Below, piece after piece: positions 7,840 to 15,714 of a DNA stretch of 32,000 nucleotides. Under the pieces are notes generated by a model. That model was given only the letters and a program-made list of their open reading frames with translations. It was not told the origin of the DNA and did no database searches. Position numbers and translations under genes: made by a program. The stretch spans positions 210,001 to 242,000 of the forward strand of contig OZ252021.1 of NCBI GenBank assembly GCA_965247685.1, given 5' to 3'. Every line of letters begins with the position of its first letter. Position 1 is the first letter of the stretch. The DNA comes from Bdellovibrionales bacterium. GTDB taxonomy: Bacteria > Bdellovibrionota > Bdellovibrionia > Bdellovibrionales > UBA1609.

Positions 7840-8871
7840 ATGAAAAACTTAATAAAATTATTCGCTCATTTATTCACTATCATTCTTTTGAGTTTGTCAG
7901 TAATCGCAACCGCTCATGCAGACAAAGTAGAATTAAATGAGAAACTTTTCTCAGCAGTTAAATCTGGGGATAATAAAAGGGTTGAAGAAATTTTGTTAAA
8001 AAAAATAATAGATCTAGATATCCAAAATGAAAGGGGTCGAACAGCTTTAATGATAGCTGCCGAACTAGGTCATGAACGTGTGGTAGAATCCCTACTCAAA
8101 CACGGAGCAGATCCAAATATCGAAAGTAAAAATATCAAACATTCTACTTTGGATCAGAGCACTGCTTTACATAAGGCAGTTCGCAAGGGCAATGCAAAGT
8201 TGATACAAATTCTCTCTGACTACAAAGCAGATCTAGATAAAGGAGATTGGTTGGGTCTAACACCTTTACATTGGGCAATCGCTGAAGGTTATGAAGATCT
8301 GGTACAAATTCTCCTCAAACTCGGAGCAAATCCAAATATCCAAAATAGAAAGGGTCGAACACCTTTACATTGGGCAGCTCGCATGGGTCATACTAATATG
8401 ATAATAGCTTTAGTTACAAATGGAGCAAATATAGATGCCAAAGGTAGAGAAGGTCTAACACCTTTACATTGGGCAGCCTTTAACGGTTATAATGGTGCGG
8501 TACAGACCCTCCTCGAACACAAAGCAGATCCAAATATCCCAGATAAAGACGGTCGAACACCTTTAAATTTGGCAATTGCACGAGGTCATACTAATGTGAT
8601 AATAGCTTTAGTTACAAATGGAGCAAATATAGATGCCAAAGGTAGAGAAGGTCTAACACTTTTAAATTGGGCAGCCTCTAACGGTCATGCAGGTCTGGTA
8701 CAGACCCTGCTCAAACTCGGAGCAGATCCATATATCCCAGATGATAAAAATAAAACAGCTTTAGATTTGGCAATTGCACAAGGTCATAAAGGTGTGGAGA
8801 ATATTCTCCGTAAACACAGAGCAGTCTCAGGTGCAAACAACAGTTGTAAACAAACTATCAGCTCCATTTGA
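7840..8871 (+). CDS. Secreted ankyrin-repeat protein (343 aa)
   Basis: ATG 7840 has AAGGA upstream. The signal peptide is MKNLIKLFAHLFTIILLSLSVIATAHA/DKVELNEK. It has about eight ANK units (GRTPLHWAARMGHTNMIIALVTNGANIDAK...) and the tail AVSGANNSCKQTISSI*. Confidence 0.9.
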   Translation: MKNLIKLFAHLFTIILLSLSVIATAHADKVELNEKLFSAVKSGDNKRVEEILLKKIIDLDIQNERGRTALMIAAELGHERVVESLLKHGADPNIESKNIKHSTLDQSTALHKAVRKGNAKLIQILSDYKADLDKGDWLGLTPLHWAIAEGYEDLVQILLKLGANPNIQNRKGRTPLHWAARMGHTNMIIALVTNGANIDAKGREGLTPLHWAAFNGYNGAVQTLLEHKADPNIPDKDGRTPLNLAIARGHTNVIIALVTNGANIDAKGREGLTLLNWAASNGHAGLVQTLLKLGADPYIPDDKNKTALDLAIAQGHKGVENILRKHRAVSGANNSCKQTISSI

Positions 8872-8921
8872 AAATAGCTCACTCTTCTATGCAGAAGTAA
8901 TATCAACACTTAGAAAATAAA

Positions 8922-8996
8922 TGGCATTCCCTACGGGACTCGAACCCGTGTCTTCACCGTGAAAGGGTGATGTCCTAACCGCTAGACGAAGGGAAC
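8922..8996 (-). tRNA. tRNA-Glu (anticodon UUC), CCA encoded
   Basis: The reverse complement is GTTCCCTTCGTCTAGCGGTTAGGACATCACCCTTTCACGGTGAAGACACGGGTTCGAGTCCCGTAGGGAATGCCA. Acceptor stem GTTCCCT/AGGGAAT, anticodon stem TCACC/GGTGA with loop CTTTCAC, T-loop GGTTCGAGTCC. Confidence 0.92.
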
Positions 8997-8999
8997 ACA

Positions 9000-9076
9000 T
9001 GGTGACCCGCCTTGGGCTCGAACCAAGGACCCTCTCCTTAAAAGGGAGATGCTCTACCAAACTGAGCTAGCGGGTC
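9000..9076 (-). tRNA. tRNA-Lys (anticodon UUU), CCA encoded
   Basis: The reverse complement is GACCCGCTAGCTCAGTTTGGTAGAGCATCTCCCTTTTAAGGAGAGGGTCCTTGGTTCGAGCCCAAGGCGGGTCACCA. Acceptor stem GACCCGC/GCGGGTC, anticodon stem TCTCC/GGAGA with loop CTTTTAA. Confidence 0.92.
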
Positions 9077-9214
9077 AGATCTATTCACCAAAAATATAAA
9101 AAAATTACTCCCCACAATCTCAAAAAAATAATACGAGCACAATCAAAAAAGTACGAAATATAGAATTTTCAGCACCATAAGAACATAAACCTTAATGAGC
9201 TTCAAGTCAGTATC

Positions 9215-10516
9215 TTAAAATAAAGAACGAACCCAAATAAATTCATCTCTCTTCGGTCCCACAGATACCATATCAATAGAAATTTTTAACTCTTCTTCAA
9301 TAAACTTCAAATAAATCTGAGCATTTTTCGGCAAATCTTTTACTGATCGAATAGATTTCAAATCCTCATGCCAACCCAAAAATTCCTTATAAATAGGCTT
9401 GCATCGTTTTAAATCACTCTCATAAACAGGATAGTGATCTATTACCTTTCCGTCTAACTCATAACTCACACACAACTTGATCTTTTCTAAACCAGAAAGA
9501 ACATCCAACTTCATCAAAGCTAAACACGTAAAGCCATTCAGACGAATCGCATATTTTAAAGCTATAAGATCGAGCCATCCACACCTTCTTAATCTGTCGG
9601 TCGTCGAACCCCGTTCTTTCCCCTTTTCTGATAAATGCGAATTTTCAGGGGAGTCTTTTTCACACTCCGAAGGAAAGGGTCCATACCCCACACGAGTGAC
9701 ATAAGCCTTAGCCACACCCACAACCTTATGGATATGCTTCCAACCTATACCTAAACCTGTGAGTGCAGAACCAGTTAAAGTCGAAGAGCTGGTCACATAA
9801 GGATAAGTTCCATGAAAAATATCAAGCAAAACACCTTGGGCACCTTCCAGAAGAACTTTTTTTCCTTCCTGAAAAGCCTGATGAATTAATAACGATGTGT
9901 CTTTACAACAATAAAGTTTTAAACTCTCTCGCACAGGAATTAATTTTTCAATCAAAGAATCTACGGAGTAACCCTCATATTGATAGAATTCTTTCATCAA
10001 AAATAATTTCTCTTTAGAAGAATTCACAAGTTTTTCCCTCAAATCATCTAGAGGTAAAAACAAATCCCTAAAGAGAAGAGCTTTTCGAGAAATTCTATCC
10101 TCATAAGCAGGGCCTATTCCTCTTCCTGTAGTTCCAATTTTAGACTTGCCTGCGCTTTCTTCCCTCAACTGGTCTAAATGTTTGTGATAGTCGAGCAAAA
10201 TAGTGGACGACTCGGACACCACCAACTGCTGATCATTTTCTAAATAGCCTGATTTTTTTAAGGCTTGAATTTCCTCCATCAAACCAAAAACATCGAGCAC
10301 TACCCCTGCTCCAATCACACAAATGGTGTGAGGATGGAGTACTCCGGAAGGCACTAGGTGCAGGATAATTCTATTTCCATTAATATTTAATGTATGCCCT
10401 GCGTTAGCCCCACCTTGGTAGCGAACAATATAATCCATATGTGAAGCAAAGACATCGACAAGCTTACCCTTACCTTCATCACCCCACTGAGAGCCTATAA
10501 CAACAATTCCAGACAC
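9215..10516 (-). CDS. purA: Adenylosuccinate synthetase
   Basis: 433 aa. The N-terminus VIGSQWGDEGKGKLVD (P-loop of PurA), GGANAGHT and TTGRGIGPAYEDR are hallmark PurA motifs. The start codon is GTG at 10516. Confidence 0.95.
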   Translation of the reverse strand: MSGIVVIGSQWGDEGKGKLVDVFASHMDYIVRYQGGANAGHTLNINGNRIILHLVPSGVLHPHTICVIGAGVVLDVFGLMEEIQALKKSGYLENDQQLVVSESSTILLDYHKHLDQLREESAGKSKIGTTGRGIGPAYEDRISRKALLFRDLFLPLDDLREKLVNSSKEKLFLMKEFYQYEGYSVDSLIEKLIPVRESLKLYCCKDTSLLIHQAFQEGKKVLLEGAQGVLLDIFHGTYPYVTSSSTLTGSALTGLGIGWKHIHKVVGVAKAYVTRVGYGPFPSECEKDSPENSHLSEKGKERGSTTDRLRRCGWLDLIALKYAIRLNGFTCLALMKLDVLSGLEKIKLCVSYELDGKVIDHYPVYESDLKRCKPIYKEFLGWHEDLKSIRSVKDLPKNAQIYLKFIEEELKISIDMVSVGPKRDEFIWVRSLF

Positions 10517-10563
10517 AAAAAGGAATCAGACATAATAAATCGAAATAAATCAAGCTTTAAAAA

Positions 10564-10589
10564 AATATTGTTATGTAATATTGTTATGT
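10564..10589. repeat. Perfect 13-bp tandem direct repeat (ATATTGTTATGTA x2)
   Basis: Read directly in the divergent purA / 211-aa-gene intergenic region. Confidence 0.9.
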
Positions 10590-10747
10590 AGAAGCTTTAC
10601 AATCAGAATAAATTTAAGAAAACCCCTCTATAAAGGACAGCTAGGCTTAAGTCTACTCTTATAAAGAATAATGTAATATTGTAAAAATTCCTTTTTAGAA
10701 ATATTAAAGACCTCCCGATAAATGAGTATGAAGAGGAAGTTTAAATT

Positions 10748-11383
10748 ATGAAGAAACCCAACGTATTCCTATATGTTCTCTTTTTTTTGATCAGTTCTGT
10801 TTTACTCCTGCATTGTGATGGTGTGCAGTCTGCTCGCGAAGACCGTCGAGTCAGAGAATTGGCTCGTTTAGCAAACCTGGATGACTTGGATGATGATGAA
10901 CTGGATGAAGTAATTACGGATGTTGAAGCAAGTATCAAAGACAAATTTAAAAACATTTTTAATAAATTAGAAAAATGTGAATCTTCTACACCTTCTACCC
11001 CACAAACTCGAGCAGATCTTGGTTTTTCACTTTTAGGAATACAAAGGTACAATAGACCTCAACAACTAAGAGTATGCTTCCAACAAAGACTGGAAAGTGC
11101 AACCGAGCTTTTATGTACAGCAAAGCAAGAAATATATTCAGAAAAACAAAGATGTAGAAATTTTGACTTTCGATGTACACGTTTAGACACATCTATCAAC
11201 AGACTAGAGAATCTACAAAGAAGATACAAAACTACTCTGAGAAAGACAGCGAATGAGTTTTCTGGCTGCAGCAGCAGACGCACTGGTATACTCAGAGCAG
11301 ATGAATGTAGTGCTTGGCATGATATTATCGACCATGAATCTTTTATAACCTGTGATTATGATGACCGTTCTCGTCGTTATTAG
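10748..11383 (+). CDS. Hypothetical exported protein (211 aa), acidic stretch and eight cysteines
   Basis: ATG has GAGGAAG about 10 nt upstream. The hydrophobic N-terminus MKKPNVFLYVLFFLISSVLLLHC/DG suggests a signal peptide, possibly an atypical lipobox. It has the run LDDLDDDELDEV and an Arg-rich C-terminal half. I recognise no family. Confidence 0.6.
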   Translation: MKKPNVFLYVLFFLISSVLLLHCDGVQSAREDRRVRELARLANLDDLDDDELDEVITDVEASIKDKFKNIFNKLEKCESSTPSTPQTRADLGFSLLGIQRYNRPQQLRVCFQQRLESATELLCTAKQEIYSEKQRCRNFDFRCTRLDTSINRLENLQRRYKTTLRKTANEFSGCSSRRTGILRADECSAWHDIIDHESFITCDYDDRSRRY

Positions 11384-11483
11384 CATATACATTTCAATTC
11401 ACAAGATGAAAGATCGAAATATCTTCAAAAAAAATTTCTAAAATTATCTAGCCCTTCAAAAAAATATAAGTCATGATAATTCC

Positions 11484-12839
11484 ATGACCGACAAAGGTTT
11501 TGATTTTTTAGTCATTGGAGGAGGTTCTGGTGGTGTTCGAGCAGCCCGAAGAGTTGCTTCCATGGGAAAGAAGGTTGCCCTGTTTGAAAAATCCGATATA
11601 GGAGGAACTTGTGTTCTCAAAGGCTGTATACCCAAAAAACTTATGTGGTATGGTGCTAGATTTTTAGAAGATACAAAGCTTGCACAAGAGTACGGCTGGA
11701 AAACTTCATCTCCTAAGTTAGATTGGAAATTACAAAAAGAAAGAAGAGAGATGGAATTAAAAAGACTCTCTCAAATCTACACTAAGCTTTTAACAGATAG
11801 TCATGTTCACATTATTCCACATGAAGCCTGCTTTGAAGCGCCTGGCACAATTCGCGCAGGAGACGCTCTCTATTCTGCACCCTATATTCTGATTGCAACT
11901 GGCGGATGGCCTTATAAGCCTGACATTGAAGGTGTTGAGCATACTCTCTCCTCTAATGAGATTTTTGAACTCCAACAGCAACCTCACTCCTTGATTGTTG
12001 TAGGAGCTGGCTATATTGCTTTAGAATTTGCAGGTATATTCCAAGCTTGTGGAACTCACACAACAGTTCTTTGTCGAAAAGATAAAGTACTCAGGGGCTT
12101 TGATGATGATGTTCGTATGTTCTATGAAAAACAAGCTCAACTCAAAGGACTTAATATTATTCATAATTTTCATCCTGAAAAAATAAAAAAAAATAAAGGT
12201 CAACTTTCAATTTATAACTCTGAAGGTCGTTCCCACTCTGCAGAACACATCCTTTTTGCAACAGGAAGAACACCTTTTATCGAACCTCTTCATTTAGAAA
12301 AAGCTGGCATTCAAACCAAAAACGGAAGTATTTTAGTCTCGGAGCAATTTGAAACTTCTGCTAAAGGAGTGTATGCTATCGGAGATTGTGCTCATACTCC
12401 TTATGCTTTAACTCCTGTCGCCTTAGCAGAAGCTGAAGTTTTAGTGCAAAATCTATTCGGCTTGCAAAAAACAAAGATGGATTACAATAATATTCCAAGT
12501 GCAGTTTTCTCAAATCCCAACATTGCTCAAGTGGGGCTCACCGAGCAACAAGCCTTAGAGAAAGGTTTAAAAATTCAAGTGTTTGAATCCTCCTTTCGCC
12601 CTTTGAAATACACCATTAAACCGATAAAGACTGAAGAAAAAATCTATGTTAAAATGATCGTCAACCAAGAAAACGATCGTGTATTAGGCTGCCATATGGT
12701 AGGAGAAGATTCTCCAGAAATTATTCAAGGGTTGGCGATTGCTATGGTAGCTAGGGCTACTAAAAAAGATTTTAACCGCACTATTGGACTTCACCCTTCA
12801 AGCGCCGAGGAGTTTTGTACTTTAAGGACTCCAAGATGA
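11484..12839 (+). CDS. gor: Glutathione-disulfide reductase family flavoprotein
   Basis: 451 aa. It has the FAD-binding GGGSGG, the redox-active GGTCVLKGCIPKK (CxxxxC) and ILIATGG-P, and the C-terminal KKDFNRTIGLHPSSAEEF matches the Gor dimer-interface His-Pro motif. It is collinear with E. coli Gor. Confidence 0.88.
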   Translation: MTDKGFDFLVIGGGSGGVRAARRVASMGKKVALFEKSDIGGTCVLKGCIPKKLMWYGARFLEDTKLAQEYGWKTSSPKLDWKLQKERREMELKRLSQIYTKLLTDSHVHIIPHEACFEAPGTIRAGDALYSAPYILIATGGWPYKPDIEGVEHTLSSNEIFELQQQPHSLIVVGAGYIALEFAGIFQACGTHTTVLCRKDKVLRGFDDDVRMFYEKQAQLKGLNIIHNFHPEKIKKNKGQLSIYNSEGRSHSAEHILFATGRTPFIEPLHLEKAGIQTKNGSILVSEQFETSAKGVYAIGDCAHTPYALTPVALAEAEVLVQNLFGLQKTKMDYNNIPSAVFSNPNIAQVGLTEQQALEKGLKIQVFESSFRPLKYTIKPIKTEEKIYVKMIVNQENDRVLGCHMVGEDSPEIIQGLAIAMVARATKKDFNRTIGLHPSSAEEFCTLRTPR

Positions 12840-12843
12840 GATC

Positions 12844-13773
12844 ATGAGTTCTCAAAAATTTCATCAATGGTTTAACTACATAAGAAAGATCCAAGATTTT
12901 TTCTTATCCCAAGGTTTTTGCCCTGTAGAAACTCCCATTCTTGTTCCAAATGCCAGCACTGAACCTTATTTAGAGTTTTTTTCCACTATAAGAATAACTC
13001 AAAATAAGAAACAAAAACTATGGCTCACAGCTTCTCCTGAAATGCATTTAAAAAAACTCCTCTGCCAAGGCTTTTCCCCGATCTTTGAAATTCATAAAAG
13101 TTTTAGAAATAACGAAGAAGGTCCACTCCATTTAAACGAATTCTATATGCTTGAATGGTACAGAACCCATACTCCATGGACAAAGATCATGGAAGATTTA
13201 GAAGAACTTTTAAAATTCTTACAAAAAATACTTAAATTCCCTCTTAAGCTTTTTAAAAGATATACTGTAAAAGAGTTATTCCAAAAACATTGTGATATAA
13301 ACCTTGATCCAAATTCAAAAAAAGAGGATCTCATCCCCCGCCTCAATCAATTTCAAATTCCTTATGAAAAATCTTTTTCTTTTGAAGATATGTTTCATCT
13401 TTTATTTCTCAACCAGATTGAAAAAAACCTTGAGAAAGATATTCCAACTATCATTTACAATTACCCTCCTTCTTTAAGGGCTTACTCTCAACTCAACGAA
13501 GAAGGTTGGGCTTCTCGCTTTGAATTTTATTGGAAAGGATTAGAGCTAGCTAATGCTTTTCATGAGATTCAAGATGCTAAAGAACAACTTGAAATATTCC
13601 AAAAAGATTTAGAAAATAGAAAAACCGACAAAGATCTCAGTATGGATCAAGAGCTTATTGAATATATGAAGAAAGGAATGCCCCCTTGTGTAGGTATTGC
13701 CTTAGGGCTCGAAAGATTATTCATGGCTATTTATGATTACAAAGACATTCACCAAGTTCATCCGTTTTTTTAA
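12844..13773 (+). CDS. epmA: EF-P lysine lysyltransferase (PoxA/GenX, truncated LysRS paralog)
   Basis: 309 aa. The motifs ASPEMHLKKLL, FEIHKSFRNNE, NEFYMLEWY, RFEFYWKGLELANAFHE and GIALGLERL parallel the class II aaRS motifs of E. coli EpmA. There is no anticodon-binding domain. Confidence 0.85.
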   Translation: MSSQKFHQWFNYIRKIQDFFLSQGFCPVETPILVPNASTEPYLEFFSTIRITQNKKQKLWLTASPEMHLKKLLCQGFSPIFEIHKSFRNNEEGPLHLNEFYMLEWYRTHTPWTKIMEDLEELLKFLQKILKFPLKLFKRYTVKELFQKHCDINLDPNSKKEDLIPRLNQFQIPYEKSFSFEDMFHLLFLNQIEKNLEKDIPTIIYNYPPSLRAYSQLNEEGWASRFEFYWKGLELANAFHEIQDAKEQLEIFQKDLENRKTDKDLSMDQELIEYMKKGMPPCVGIALGLERLFMAIYDYKDIHQVHPFF

Positions 13774-13776
13774 ACT

Positions 13777-14622
13777 TTATTCTGATTTGGGATCGAGGAT
13801 GTCGCGCAGGGATTCACCGAGGACGTTCACACTCAAAACAAGAGCAAACAAACAAAAGCCTGGTAGAGTGATGAGCCACCAAGCAGATTCCATGTAAGCT
13901 CTTCCATCACCAATCATCACACCCCACTCAGGAAGAGGAGGCTCTGCACCGAGACCTAAAAACCCAAGGGCTGCCACATTTAAAATCCCCTCACTAAAAC
14001 CTAAAGTAGCTTGTACAGTCAAAGGACCTATACAATGAGGAAAAATGTTAACGAATAAAATTCTAAAACGACCTGCTCCAAAACTTCTTACGGCTTGAAC
14101 ATAATCTTTTTCCCTCTCTCTTAAAACTACTGAACGAACTAAACGAATGACCGCAGGCCAAGCTGTTACATTCACTGCAATAACTGCGTTCCATACTCCA
14201 GGTCCAAGCAATGTCATAATCAATATTGCAATCAAAATACTAGGAAAAGACATCAAAGTGTCTACAAATCTCATAATAGTCTGATCTATTGCGCCTCCAA
14301 AATAGCCCGCAATCAAACCTAAAATAGTTCCCACTAACATAGAAATCACAACCACTCCAAGCCCAATGAGAATGGAAAGTCTTGCTCCATGAACAATACG
14401 AGAAAATAAATTCCGACCCAGATCATCTGTACCTAAAATAAACTGAAAAGAGCCCCCTTCTAACCAAAAGGGAGGTACTTTTAAAAAACCCTCATGCACT
14501 TCAAACGGAGAAGATAAAAAGTAAGCACCTATAAAACCCATAAAGGTAAAAAGTAAAAAAATGCAAGAACAAAAAATAAGCATTTTATCTTTTTTTATGA
14601 CATTCCAAATTTTTTCAAACAT
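13777..14622 (-). CDS. dppC: Peptide ABC transporter permease (DppC/OppC type)
   Basis: 281 aa and multi-TM. LGTDDLGRNLFSRIVHGARLSL and the EAA-like segment YVQAVRSFGAGRFRILFVNIFP are typical of DppC/OppC. Confidence 0.85.
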   Translation of the reverse strand: MFEKIWNVIKKDKMLIFCSCIFLLFTFMGFIGAYFLSSPFEVHEGFLKVPPFWLEGGSFQFILGTDDLGRNLFSRIVHGARLSILIGLGVVVISMLVGTILGLIAGYFGGAIDQTIMRFVDTLMSFPSILIAILIMTLLGPGVWNAVIAVNVTAWPAVIRLVRSVVLREREKDYVQAVRSFGAGRFRILFVNIFPHCIGPLTVQATLGFSEGILNVAALGFLGLGAEPPLPEWGVMIGDGRAYMESAWWLITLPGFCLFALVLSVNVLGESLRDILDPKSE

Positions 14623-14637
14623 TTAAAACCCCAACTC

Positions 14638-15657
14638 TCATGCATCCGTTTTAATTCGTGGATCAATCTTCATATAAGTTAAATCTACAACTAAATTAAT
14701 CATCACAACAAAAAAGGCAATTAATAAAATTCCACCTTGTAACGCTGGATAGTCCCTGGCAAGTACGGCTTTCACCAACCAATGACCAATACCCGGCCAA
14801 GAAAAAATAATCTCAGTCAATACAGCTCCCGTAATCAAAGAGCCAAACATAAAACCAATCACCGTCACTATAGGAATAAAACTATTTCTCAAGGCATGCT
14901 TTACAACTACATGATGATAACTGAGACCCTTCGCATGAGCTGTTCGTATAAAATCTTCTTGTAAACATTCAATCAAACTTGTACGAGTCATACGTACAAT
15001 AGAAACAAAAGGAATTGTTGCTAAAGTTAAAGTCGGTAGAACCAAATGCAACAAAAAAGAGCGGATAATCACCATAGGATTCTCGTATCCAAAAGCATCT
15101 AGAAGCATAAATCCTGTATGAGGAACCACATCATAGTAAACATCGATACGACCTGCAATAGGAGTCCATTCTAACTGAATAGAAAAAAACAAAATTAAAA
15201 TAAGACCCCACCAAAAAATAGACATAGAATAACCGGTTAAAGAAAGCCCCATCACAAAACGATCTAAAACAGAGTTGCGAAAAATAGCCGAAAGAATTCC
15301 TAAGGGTAAACCAAGTAATAAAGCAAGCAATAAAGCACTCAGTGCCAATTCCACAGTTGCCGGGAAACGACTAAAAAATTCTTCTGCGATCGTACGATCC
15401 GAAATAATAGATCGGCCAAAATCTCCCTTTAAAACCTGCCGAATAAAAATAAAAAACTGAACATAAATTGGCTTATCTAAACCAAGTTTTTCTTTGAGCT
15501 CTTGACGTAATTCTGGAGAAGCTCCTTTTTCTCCCAGTAAATAATCCACCGGATCCCCGGGTAGAATACGAACAGATAAAAAGACCAATATTGAAATAAA
15601 AAGCAATGTTGGAAGAGAGTAAATAAACCGTTTTAGGGATAAAACAAACACTATCAA
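14638..15657 (-). CDS. dppB: Peptide ABC transporter permease (DppB/OppB type)
   Basis: 339 aa. LKRFIYSLPTLLFISILVFLSVRILPGDPV is the canonical DppB N-terminus, and FIRTAHAKGLSYHHVVVKHALRNS is the EAA loop. The start is TTG at 15657 and is not certain. Confidence 0.85.
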   Translation of the reverse strand: MIVFVLSLKRFIYSLPTLLFISILVFLSVRILPGDPVDYLLGEKGASPELRQELKEKLGLDKPIYVQFFIFIRQVLKGDFGRSIISDRTIAEEFFSRFPATVELALSALLLALLLGLPLGILSAIFRNSVLDRFVMGLSLTGYSMSIFWWGLILILFFSIQLEWTPIAGRIDVYYDVVPHTGFMLLDAFGYENPMVIIRSFLLHLVLPTLTLATIPFVSIVRMTRTSLIECLQEDFIRTAHAKGLSYHHVVVKHALRNSFIPIVTVIGFMFGSLITGAVLTEIIFSWPGIGHWLVKAVLARDYPALQGGILLIAFFVVMINLVVDLTYMKIDPRIKTDA

Positions 15658-15714
15658 TCACTCACAATTAAATTATTACAATAGGATAATAACTGAAAGA
15701 GCAAAAGAATACTA

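Noticed and set aside
640-7840. Regularly recurring conserved spacers between the ANK genes, considered as a possible CRISPR-like or integron-like array.
   Set aside because: The units are 160-310 nt long, are separated by full-length genes of 0.6-1.6 kb, and have no short direct repeats of 25-40 nt. No cas or intI gene and no attC-like imperfect palindromes were seen. Tandem gene duplication explains the pattern better.
10672-10684. TGTAATATTGTAA upstream of the 211-aa gene as an eleventh copy of the operator.
   Set aside because: The two TGTAA half-sites are in direct orientation rather than inverted, and no -10-like box follows at 21-23 nt.
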